A stretch of DNA of 64,000 nucleotides from Alistipes sp. (GTDB lineage Bacteria > Bacteroidota > Bacteroidia > Bacteroidales > Rikenellaceae): assembly GCA_021201825.1 (NCBI GenBank), contig JAJQED010000001.1, forward strand, positions 27,785 to 91,784, written 5' to 3'. The position numbers and the translations under genes were made by a program. A model generated the notes under the pieces. It searched no databases. It worked only from the letters and a program-made list of their open reading frames with translations, and had not been told where the DNA came from. Below are positions 56,512 through 64,000 of this stretch, piece after piece. How positions within the stretch are numbered: position 1 is the stretch's first letter; each line of letters opens with the position of its first letter.

Positions 56512-57381
56512 TTACTGAATGTTCCTGACGGCCAGGATTACCAAAAAGCTGACGGGTAAAATTTCAACGGCACAAAGGTACAAAATCCAATACAAAATCG
56601 AAATTTTTTGCCCAATAAACAGCAGATAAGTCCTAATTAACAGAAAAATAACCAACCCGCCGCAAACTGTGAAAAGTATAACCGATAGCACCGGCAATGC
56701 CCCCGGGGGGCAGAGTACGACCGCCAACATAAGGGGGGTGCTAAGCAGGAACAGCAGGCCGTAGGTCAGGTTACGCAGGGAGAGCAGCTGGCCTGTGAAC
56801 CTGCCGCTGTAGGTGAGCCATCCGGCCGTTTTGATCACCGCCACCTGGAAAGCCCAGATGGCCAGTAAACCCACCCAGACCGCCGCCACAGGCAGCGGCA
56901 GCGCCCACTCGGGCAGCCGCCCTGCCGCCACATCGCCCCATGCCGCGTCCCCGTAGCGGACTATCACCAGGCCGGTGATCAGCATACCCACCAGCAGGAT
57001 AAGCCTGCGGAAAGTCTCGAAGATATAGTTATGCTCGTCCAGCAGTTTCTCAACGTAGAGTGTACCCCGGAACATATTGACCACGGTAACCGCGTGTGGC
57101 ATGAAGTAATAGAGCAGCAGGCAGAACCCGGCAAAGCACGCCAGTATGGCGACCGAGTAGAAGACCCCGCCCGTTACGACCCATTCGAAAGGCTGTGCCG
57201 CCGCCGCAGGGGGTCCGGCAAGACGGCTCGCCGTGCCGAACATCCCGGCCGCCGTAACCGTCCCCCATGACACTGCCGCGCTGTCCGCAACCGGTGTGGC
57301 GATAGCCGCAAAGTCCCCGGCCGCCCCTGCAGTCCGGGCCAGCGTGTCCACGGCAAGTATGTCTCCTGTCGCCTCCAGCAT
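56512..57381 (-). CDS. multi-pass membrane protein (DUF4271-like)
   Basis: 289 aa with at least 6 hydrophobic helices. It occupies the conserved position next to the hemD-like gene in Bacteroidota, from memory. Confidence 0.55.
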   Translation of the reverse strand: MLEATGDILAVDTLARTAGAAGDFAAIATPVADSAAVSWGTVTAAGMFGTASRLAGPPAAAAQPFEWVVTGGVFYSVAILACFAGFCLLLYYFMPHAVTVVNMFRGTLYVEKLLDEHNYIFETFRRLILLVGMLITGLVIVRYGDAAWGDVAAGRLPEWALPLPVAAVWVGLLAIWAFQVAVIKTAGWLTYSGRFTGQLLSLRNLTYGLLFLLSTPLMLAVVLCPPGALPVLSVILFTVCGGLVIFLLIRTYLLFIGQKISILYWILYLCAVEILPVSFLVILAVRNIQ

Positions 57382-57387
57382 CGCCTG

Positions 57388-58566
57388 CTAAATATAAACC
57401 TTGTTGAGGGTTATACGGAACGTGGTGCCCTTGCCGACCTCGGAATCGACCACGAATATCTTCCCCTTATGGTAGTCCTCGATGATCCTTTTGCTCAGTG
57501 ATAGCCCCAGCCCCCAACCCCGGGTCTTGGTTGTGAACCCCGGCTCGAATATCCTCTTGAAATTGGCCTTGGACACTCCGCGGCCGGTGTCGGCCACGTC
57601 GATAAAGACGTGGTTCTCGTCCGACGTTATCTTCACGTCGATCACCCCCTTGCCCTGCAGGGCGTCCAGCGAATTTTTCAGCAGGTTCTCCACCACCCAT
57701 TCGAACAGGGCGCTGTTGACCATCGCCTGAACGGGGGCGATGGCAAGCCCGTTGTATTCGATCGTTACGTTTTTGGGAACCCGGGTGCGGAAATACAGTA
57801 CGCTGTTGCCGACGACCTCGTTGATATTGGCCGGCGAAAGCACCGTCTCCGACCCGATCTTCGAAAAGCGGTCCACCACTTTCATAAGCCGCGTCAGGTC
57901 CTTGCCCATCTCCTCCACCGCCGTCTGGTCCACAGGCTGGCTGCGCAGGTATTCGAGCCACCCGAGCAGCGACGAGGTGGGGGTCCCCAGCTGGTGGGCG
58001 GTCTCCTTGGCAAGCCCGATCCACACCCTGTTCTGCTCGTCGTGTTTGGTGGAGACGAACGCAAGGTACCCGAATGCGATAAAGATAAAGATTACCGACA
58101 GCTGGATCAGCGGAAAGTAGGTCAGCATCTTCAGCAGTGTCGACTCGCCGTAGAACAGGTAGTAGGTGTTGTACCACAGGTCGTTGATCACCACCTCCTT
58201 GTTGATCTTCGAGAGCTTGTCGATCTTTTTGCGCAGCAGGTCGGGGTTCGTGATCGTCTTCTCGGGTATCAGGTCGTAGTTCACCACCCGCAGGTTGTCG
58301 TCCACGATAACGTACGGTATCCCGTTCTTACCCCCTCCCGGCAGCTGCGGGAACGGGTTGTAAATGGGGGAAGGGGTGGCGTGTTCCATGGCGTAGGTCC
58401 ACATCCTGATCTCGTTCTGCTCTTTCTCCCGCAGACGCTTGGCCATGTAGTTGGTAAAGAGCAGGGAGGTAGTGCCGATGCCCAGGCCCAATACGATTAT
58501 GATCACTTTCCGGCGGAAAGTGAGCCTGCCTCCACGGCCCAGTATCGAACCCAGGTTAAGTTTCAT
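57388..58566 (-). CDS. sensor histidine kinase
   Basis: Two TM segments, H-box HQLGTPTSSLLGWLEYL, N box LLKNSLDAL, and G boxes DTGRGV / GWGLGLSL. Confidence 0.85.
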   Translation of the reverse strand: MKLNLGSILGRGGRLTFRRKVIIIVLGLGIGTTSLLFTNYMAKRLREKEQNEIRMWTYAMEHATPSPIYNPFPQLPGGGKNGIPYVIVDDNLRVVNYDLIPEKTITNPDLLRKKIDKLSKINKEVVINDLWYNTYYLFYGESTLLKMLTYFPLIQLSVIFIFIAFGYLAFVSTKHDEQNRVWIGLAKETAHQLGTPTSSLLGWLEYLRSQPVDQTAVEEMGKDLTRLMKVVDRFSKIGSETVLSPANINEVVGNSVLYFRTRVPKNVTIEYNGLAIAPVQAMVNSALFEWVVENLLKNSLDALQGKGVIDVKITSDENHVFIDVADTGRGVSKANFKRIFEPGFTTKTRGWGLGLSLSKRIIEDYHKGKIFVVDSEVGKGTTFRITLNKVYI

Positions 58567-58569
58567 CTG

Positions 58570-60252
58570 TTATCTGCGGCGGGTGTCCTGTTCGGTTACG
58601 ATATGGCGGTACCTCACAGGGTCCGAAAGCACCTCTACGGCCCGGGCCACCTCCTCGTCGGACGAGAGCGAGTGGCGAACCGCCCCCTGCTGGTAATACT
58701 GCCTGAGCACTATATTGCTCTCGATGATCTCCCTGATCTGGTCGCGGTACAGGAGCATGTTGCCCCTCTTGTCGTCCTGCATCAGGTCGGCGATCCGTTC
58801 TATTTCGCCGCCTATACGTTCGTAGTAGAGTTCTTTCTCGGCCCTCTCTTTCAGCAGGCGCAGGGCGGCGGCCGTCTCCGAACTGTATTCCATCGGTTTG
58901 TCTTCCATGAATTCCATGAACCACTCGTAATCGGCATTCGAGAGGCGGAAGTTGTCCACGTCCACCGGCTCCCGGTACCGCCGGGCATACTCGTCGGCAA
59001 AGTCGTCCAGATACCCGAGCCCGTAAGCCATCATGGTGAATCGGCTGATGTAGTCGGTCGGGGTCACGATGTCGGGCATGATCCCCCCGCCGTCATAAAC
59101 CTTGCGGCCCGCCAGGGTAGTGAACTGGTTGATAAGCGAGTCGGGGATGGACGAAACGCTGCCGTCCTCGTTCCGCTTGGCATAGTCTATGGCCTGTATG
59201 CACCGCCCGCTGGGAATGTAATACTTGGCCGTGGTTATCTTCAGGTAGGAGTTGTACTCCACCGGCCGGGGCGACTGCACCAGCCCCTTGCCGTAGGTGC
59301 GCTGGCCCAGGACCACGGCCCGGTCCAGGTCCTGAAGGGCGCCGGCTACGATCTCGGCCGCCGAAGCGGAACTGCCGTTAACCAGCACCACGATGGGCAG
59401 GTCCAGGTCTATGGGGTCGTTCTCGGTACGGAACACCGCCGTCGATTCCGGCTGGCGACCCCGGATGCTCACTACCTCCGTATCCCGGGGGACGAACATC
59501 GAAAGTATCTTCACCGCCTCCTGAAGTATCCCGCCCCCGTTGTTGCGGTAGTCCAGCACAAGGCCTTTGAGCCGCCCGTCCTTTTTCATCTCCATCAGCG
59601 CGTTGCGCATGTCGCTGCTGCAATTCTCCGTGAAATCGCTGTGCTGGATATAGCCGATGCTGTCGTTTAAGAATCCGTAATACGGTATACCCGAGATGCT
59701 TATGCGTTCGCGGGTGATCGTCGTCTCCTCCTGTTGTCCGGTATAGAATTTTTCGATGAGCAGGGTCACCCGGGTTCCCGGGTCACCCTTGAGCATTGAA
59801 CTGACCTTTTCCGACCCGATCCCACGGGCATCCGTCCCGTCTATGGAGAGTATCCTGTCGCCTATCTGCAAACCGCTGCGGTCGGCCGGGAAACCCTCGT
59901 ACGGCTGGGCGATATAGACCCAGTCCCCCTTTTGGCGGATCAACGCGCCGATACCGCCGTACTTGCCGGTGGTCATCATCTCGAACTCCTCCATATCCTC
60001 CTCGGGCAGGTACTCGGTGTAGGGGTCCAGCGAGGAGGTCATCCCCATTATGGCGTCGTTGAGCAGTTTGTCCTGGTCCGGCTCGTCCACGTAGAACATA
60101 TTAAGGTCCCGGTACACGTCCACCAGTATCTGCATGTTGCGCCCAAGCCTGAAATCCGAATTCACCCCCGCTGCCATAAGCAGGACCACGGCGGCCACCC
60201 CGGCCAGCCAGGCGGGCTTCCTCAATTTATTTTTAAAGTTCTTCATATCCAT
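58570..60252 (-). CDS. S41-family C-terminal processing peptidase with a PDZ domain
   Basis: PDZ GLQIGDRILSIDG; catalytic region NGSSASAAEIVAGAL and GQRTYGKG. A start at 60252 (MDMKNF) is preferred. Confidence 0.85.
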   Translation of the reverse strand: MDMKNFKNKLRKPAWLAGVAAVVLLMAAGVNSDFRLGRNMQILVDVYRDLNMFYVDEPDQDKLLNDAIMGMTSSLDPYTEYLPEEDMEEFEMMTTGKYGGIGALIRQKGDWVYIAQPYEGFPADRSGLQIGDRILSIDGTDARGIGSEKVSSMLKGDPGTRVTLLIEKFYTGQQEETTITRERISISGIPYYGFLNDSIGYIQHSDFTENCSSDMRNALMEMKKDGRLKGLVLDYRNNGGGILQEAVKILSMFVPRDTEVVSIRGRQPESTAVFRTENDPIDLDLPIVVLVNGSSASAAEIVAGALQDLDRAVVLGQRTYGKGLVQSPRPVEYNSYLKITTAKYYIPSGRCIQAIDYAKRNEDGSVSSIPDSLINQFTTLAGRKVYDGGGIMPDIVTPTDYISRFTMMAYGLGYLDDFADEYARRYREPVDVDNFRLSNADYEWFMEFMEDKPMEYSSETAAALRLLKERAEKELYYERIGGEIERIADLMQDDKRGNMLLYRDQIREIIESNIVLRQYYQQGAVRHSLSSDEEVARAVEVLSDPVRYRHIVTEQDTRRR

Positions 60253-60256
60253 TCTG

Positions 60257-60730
60257 TTACTCTTCACCGTCCAGTTCGTGCCGCAGCCGGCCATCGATAC
60301 GGTAAATGTCTTTTTTCATTCCTTCAACGAACAGCACGCCGTTCAGCCCCGTGACGGTCACCGTATCGTCGAACTGCGAGGCTATCCTGCGGGAGAGCTT
60401 TGCCGCCCTGAACACCATCGTTTTACCATCCTCCGAGGAGAGTACGAAGCCGTAGTTCTCCATTACGCGGCGTATCTTATCCCGGTCGGCCTCGATGTCT
60501 CCCCGTACCCTCGTTTCGCCGAACGCAAGGCCGGGATAGACCCCCGCCAGTATCACCAGCACGCCCAACAGCAGCCATCCGTTCCGGGAGTTGAACAGGG
60601 CGTTCAGCAGGTTGCCGTCCCCCGTGTCCAACAGGCCGGCGGCCGCCATCACCGCGAACACGATTCCCAGCAGGACCACCATCCGCAGGATGTACCTGAG
60701 CGAGCGCAAAATATACTTCGATCCGTTCAT
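60257..60730 (-). CDS. hypothetical membrane protein
   Basis: A start at 60730 (MNGSKYILRSL...) gives 157 aa with two hydrophobic helices and no motif recognised. Confidence 0.4.
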   Translation of the reverse strand: MNGSKYILRSLRYILRMVVLLGIVFAVMAAAGLLDTGDGNLLNALFNSRNGWLLLGVLVILAGVYPGLAFGETRVRGDIEADRDKIRRVMENYGFVLSSEDGKTMVFRAAKLSRRIASQFDDTVTVTGLNGVLFVEGMKKDIYRIDGRLRHELDGEE

Positions 60731-60743
60731 AAGCCGTTCTATT

Positions 60744-61619
60744 TTATCTTGTTGCGATTTCTCCGATACCGGCGGCCACCCTCTCCATGAGCCACCTCGG
60801 GGTTGACGTGGCCCCGCAGACCCCCACCGTGGCCACTCCCTCGAACCATTCGGGCCGCAGGTCGCACGCATCTTCCACCATATAACTGCGGGGATTGGCC
60901 TGCCGGCACACCCCGAAGAGAACCTTGCCGTTCGAACTCTTCAGCCCGCTCACGAACACCACCGCGTCGAACCGTGCCGCAAAGCGGCGCAGGTGCGGCT
61001 CCCGGTTTGCCACCTGGCGGCAGATCGTGTCGTGGACCGTAACCTTGTCCGGACGGACGGCCCTGGCCAGTATCTCGTCCCGTACCTGCCCGAACAGCGA
61101 AAGGCTTTGCGTGGTCTGTGACAGCAGGTAAACCGGCCGGGTGTAGTCCACCGCATCCAGGTCCGCGGCATTCTCCACCACGATAACCTCCCCGTCCACC
61201 TGCCCAGTAAGGCCTACCACCTCCGCATGGCCCCTCTTGCCCAACAGGACCACCTGCCCGTCAACGGCCACCATCTGCTCGTGAGCCCGTTTGACGATCC
61301 CCTGCAGCCGCGCCACGACGGGGCATGTGGCGTCCACCACCGCAAGGCCCAGCCCGGCGGCGAGGGTGTGTACCTGCGGAGGCTCCCCGTGCGCACGTAT
61401 CAAAACGGTACTGCCCTGTTCCAGATCGCCCAGCCGCTCGTGCTTAACGGCCTCCAACCCGAGCGCCCCGAGCCTCTGCACCTCCACCTTATTGTGGACG
61501 ATATCACCAAGGGAGTAGACCTTGCCGCTCCCCAAGGCTTGCTCCGCGGCCTCTATCGCCCGGACCACCCCGAAGCAAAACCCGGATTCCCGGTCTATTT
61601 CAACTGCCGGCCGTGACAT
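60744..61619 (-). CDS. ispH: 4-hydroxy-3-methylbut-2-enyl diphosphate reductase
   Basis: 291 aa with GFCFGVVRAI, GDIVHNKVEV, DATCPVV and SSNG. Confidence 0.9.
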   Translation of the reverse strand: MSRPAVEIDRESGFCFGVVRAIEAAEQALGSGKVYSLGDIVHNKVEVQRLGALGLEAVKHERLGDLEQGSTVLIRAHGEPPQVHTLAAGLGLAVVDATCPVVARLQGIVKRAHEQMVAVDGQVVLLGKRGHAEVVGLTGQVDGEVIVVENAADLDAVDYTRPVYLLSQTTQSLSLFGQVRDEILARAVRPDKVTVHDTICRQVANREPHLRRFAARFDAVVFVSGLKSSNGKVLFGVCRQANPRSYMVEDACDLRPEWFEGVATVGVCGATSTPRWLMERVAAGIGEIATR

Positions 61620-62132
61620 TTATAATTGCTGCCATGTGGATACCACCTCGCTTTGTACCGTAACGTGACGCCCCATCTGCCTGTATCCCTGTAAAATATC
61701 TTTTAACCGTTGTTTTTCTTTCTTGCCCGCTATAATAGCGCGCAAGCGCCGTTCGTCCCCGCCGGCCGTTACGAAATCCAAATAATTGGCCGTAACAGCC
61801 GTAAATTTCCCGACATGTTTCCGGCAATTGGTATACCGCAGGGAAATCCGCTTCAAACCGCTGACTGGGAACCGGCAGACCTCCCCGCCTGATTCCATCA
61901 TTATGTCCCGGTCCCCGAGCGTATGTCTGCCGACCGTCCGGTAGGGACGGTAAACCATAAAGAATAACGAGGCGGCATAGAGCCCCGAGATGATCGGCAC
62001 CCCGTAATAACCTCCCGATTCGAAAAAAAAGGCCGATACGACAATCAGCATCACCCACAAGGCGGCAATGACAACCCCTGTCGCCAGCCCGTAGTTGCGA
62101 ACTCCCTTATGATCGATCAGCTCGAGTTCCAT
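61620..62132 (-). CDS. hypothetical membrane protein
   Basis: 170 aa with two N-terminal TM helices and a soluble C-terminal half. It abuts the ispH start. Confidence 0.4.
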   Translation of the reverse strand: MELELIDHKGVRNYGLATGVVIAALWVMLIVVSAFFFESGGYYGVPIISGLYAASLFFMVYRPYRTVGRHTLGDRDIMMESGGEVCRFPVSGLKRISLRYTNCRKHVGKFTAVTANYLDFVTAGGDERRLRAIIAGKKEKQRLKDILQGYRQMGRHVTVQSEVVSTWQQL

Positions 62133-62135
62133 AGC

Positions 62136-62813
62136 TTAAATATTGCACAGTTTATCCGTCACCCAGGCCATCTGCTCGTCGAGGGTCATATAGCTGTTGT
62201 CCAGCACCACAGCGTCCTCCGCTTTGCGCAGGGGCGACACGTCCCGGGACTGGTCGGCCTCGTCCCGTTCCCGGATATTGCGCTCGATCTCCTCGAGCGA
62301 CACGTCCATCCCCTTGGCCGCCAGCTCCTGGTAACGGCGCCGGGCCCGCACCGCCGGATCGGCTGTAAGGAATATCTTGAGTTCGGCGTCGGGGAAGACC
62401 ACGGTGCCTATGTCCCGCCCGTCCATCACCACCCCCCGGTTGCGCCCCATTTCCTGCTGCATGGCCACCAGCTTGCGCCGCACCTGGGGAACACTGCTCA
62501 CCGCGCTCACGAAATTGCTCACCTCGATGGTCCGTATCTTGCCCTCGGCATACTCCCCGTTCACGTAAATGTCGCTCGCCCCGCGGGCCGGGTTGAACCG
62601 GAACACGATATCTATATCGTCCAGCATCCCCACCAGCTTGTCCTCGTCCAGAATGCCGTTACGGATCGCCCCGTGCTGGAGGGCATAGAGCGTCACGGCC
62701 CGGTACATAGCCCCCGAGTCGATAAATATATATCCCAGCCGCGCCGCGATCTCCCGGGCGAACGTACTCTTGCCACCCGACGAAAAGCCGTCGATAGCTA
62801 TTATTATCTTCAT
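62136..62813 (-). CDS. cmk: cytidylate kinase
   Basis: The start at 62813 gives MKIIIAIDGFSSGGKSTFAREIA...DSGAMYRAVT. Confidence 0.9.
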   Translation of the reverse strand: MKIIIAIDGFSSGGKSTFAREIAARLGYIFIDSGAMYRAVTLYALQHGAIRNGILDEDKLVGMLDDIDIVFRFNPARGASDIYVNGEYAEGKIRTIEVSNFVSAVSSVPQVRRKLVAMQQEMGRNRGVVMDGRDIGTVVFPDAELKIFLTADPAVRARRRYQELAAKGMDVSLEEIERNIRERDEADQSRDVSPLRKAEDAVVLDNSYMTLDEQMAWVTDKLCNI

Positions 62814-62814
62814 G

Positions 62815-63465
62815 TCACTGCAAAATCCCATCCACCGGTGTATTTACGAACATCATTAGAACCGTCGCCGCGCCCAGCAGTACGATCACTGCCCCGGCCG
62901 TGCGGTTTATCCAAAACAGGTGCCTCGGCCTGAACCTGCCGCGCAGCAGGCTGACCACCGACGTCAGGCCCAGCCACCATCCACCCGCCCCGCAGAACAC
63001 TCCCGCTATCATCACCGTCCCGAGGCCCATCCCGAGCGTTTGCTCGCTGAAGCCGAACGTGGCGAACAGCCCTATGAAGACCAGTACGAATGCCGGGTTG
63101 GCCAGGGTGACCAGAAAGAGCGATATAAAATCCTGCCAAAGGCTGGTGCGGCCCGCCCTGTTGCGGCGTATCTGCACCACCGGGTTGAGGCTGAAAATAT
63201 AGACCCCGACCATCATCACGCACAGCCCGCCGACCACCTTTATCAGGGTTATGTTCTCCCTGATGAAACCCAGCACGAACGCCAATGAAAAGAACGCCGC
63301 CAGGGCGAAAATAGTATCGGCCGCCGCCGCCCCCAACCCGGAGACGAATCCCGACCGGTGGCCCTTGCTCAGGGTCCTCTGCACGCACAAAACCCCGACC
63401 GGACCCAATGGTATGGACGCCACGAGACCGATCACGACACCCCGTATGAAAAGCGATAACAACAC
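62815..63465 (-). CDS. LysE-family amino-acid exporter
   Basis: 216 aa with about six TM helices. The N-terminus has GLVASIPLGPVGVLCVQRTL. Confidence 0.8.
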   Translation of the reverse strand: MLLSLFIRGVVIGLVASIPLGPVGVLCVQRTLSKGHRSGFVSGLGAAAADTIFALAAFFSLAFVLGFIRENITLIKVVGGLCVMMVGVYIFSLNPVVQIRRNRAGRTSLWQDFISLFLVTLANPAFVLVFIGLFATFGFSEQTLGMGLGTVMIAGVFCGAGGWWLGLTSVVSLLRGRFRPRHLFWINRTAGAVIVLLGAATVLMMFVNTPVDGILQ

Positions 63466-63775
63466 GGCAAGCCCTGCGAAAAGACAAAATTAATAAATAT
63501 ATCCGTCTTTATATCCGTCTGCCCGCCAACGGGGCCCCGCTGCCGGTTGTGTCCCTCCCCCTGCCGATTACAGCATGCGGACGTGGTGCCGGTATTGAAG
63601 TAAAACTTATGCCGGGGATATGGCGCCGTTTATATGAACCTGCCGAAATATCCGGGGCATATTTTGTTATAATTGTATCCCGGCCGCTTCACGGCCGCTT
63701 CACACTTCGATCCGCTTACCGACCACCGGCCGACCCACGGCTGACGGTCCGTTTCCTTCCCGCTTCCCATCTTTC

Positions 63776-64000
63776 GGCCCACTTCCCTCCTTTCGGCTGA
63801 CGCTCGCCTACGCCATAAGCGCCGCCGCCCGGTTTACGTTCCATCCAGTTCGGCTCACGTTCTAATCACTTTAGGCCCACGTGAGACCCACGTTCGACCC
63901 ACGTGCGGCCCACTTCCCTCCTTTCGGCTTAAGCTCGGCCTATGCTCGGCTGACGCTCGCACAAGCCATAAGCGCCGCCGGGGTGCGGCTTACGTTCCAT
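63776..64000. repeat. ~90-nt direct repeat plus four tandem 11-mers (GRCCCACKTNN)
   Basis: Copy 1 (63776-63844) and copy 2 (63907-64000) share ggcccacttccctcctttcggct...gacgctcgc..gccataagcgccgccg..ttacgttccat. The 11-mers are ggcccacgtga, gacccacgttc, gacccacgtgc and ggcccacttcc at 63874-63917. Confidence 0.7.

Noticed and set aside
57610-59670. 686-aa plus-strand ORF, the longest unannotated frame in the window
   Set aside because: It is entirely antisense to the well-supported histidine kinase and S41 peptidase genes. Its composition is Arg/Val/His/Gly/Pro-rich and low-complexity, typical of shadow ORFs in high-GC DNA, and it has no motifs.
62109-62933. 274-aa plus-strand ORF
   Set aside because: It is antisense to cmk and the LysE gene, and it has no motifs.
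5587-64000. CRISPR array candidates (repeat regions at 5.6-6.1 kb, 51.5-51.8 kb and 63.8-64.0 kb)
   Set aside because: The repeats are not regularly spaced with unique spacers of constant length. No cas genes are present.

Overview
This looks like a high-GC Bacteroidota (Bacteroidales-like) chromosomal segment. That assignment is an inference from gene content: DUF4290, DUF4271 and hemD-like neighbours, Bacteroides-type integrase and mob genes, and lipoprotein signals. The housekeeping backbone contains metX-metY-cdaA, ribH, ung, mgsA, ruvB, L25, pth, rluD, a futalosine-pathway radical SAM gene, rpmH, ispH and cmk. Two accessory blocks that look AT-richer by eye interrupt it.

(1) About 8-23 kb, all on the minus strand, is a radical-SAM/SPASM RiPP-type locus. 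It contains:
- a sulfotransferase;
- a GG-leader Cys-rich precursor;
- terminator hairpins;
- an rSAM maturase;
- a 'pseudo-rSAM' SPASM partner;
- a beta-propeller lipoprotein;
- two GT2 genes.
Upstream of these lie two tandem RND permeases plus an adaptor. The precursor has its canonical leader and its GG-core in different frames, joined at an A6 run.

(2) 28.25-47.11 kb is an approximately 18.9 kb integrative mobilizable element inserted in the 3' end of tRNA-Leu(GAG). It is bounded by a ~56-nt direct repeat with a 34-nt identical core. It carries:
- a tyrosine integrase, an Xis-like HTH, a Toprim primase and a mobC/relaxase pair;
- a RhuM-Doc fusion;
- a SLOG (DUF1273) gene behind a strongly structured leader;
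- a type I R-M operon.
The R-M operon is unusual. hsdM carries an in-frame TAA. Two small translationally coupled ORFs sit between hsdM and hsdS, a DUF4917-like gene sits between hsdS and hsdR, and an AbiH-like gene follows hsdR. A second AbiH-like gene, with a 2-TM partner, lies elsewhere in the island.

Several genes carry single disruptions: in-frame TAA, TGA and TAG codons, and homopolymer frameshifts. These need read-level verification.

Noncoding highlights are REP-like 'cattgcgagg' repeats, a five-hairpin intergenic cluster, and tandem 11-mers at the right edge of the window. No CRISPR array or rRNA was seen.
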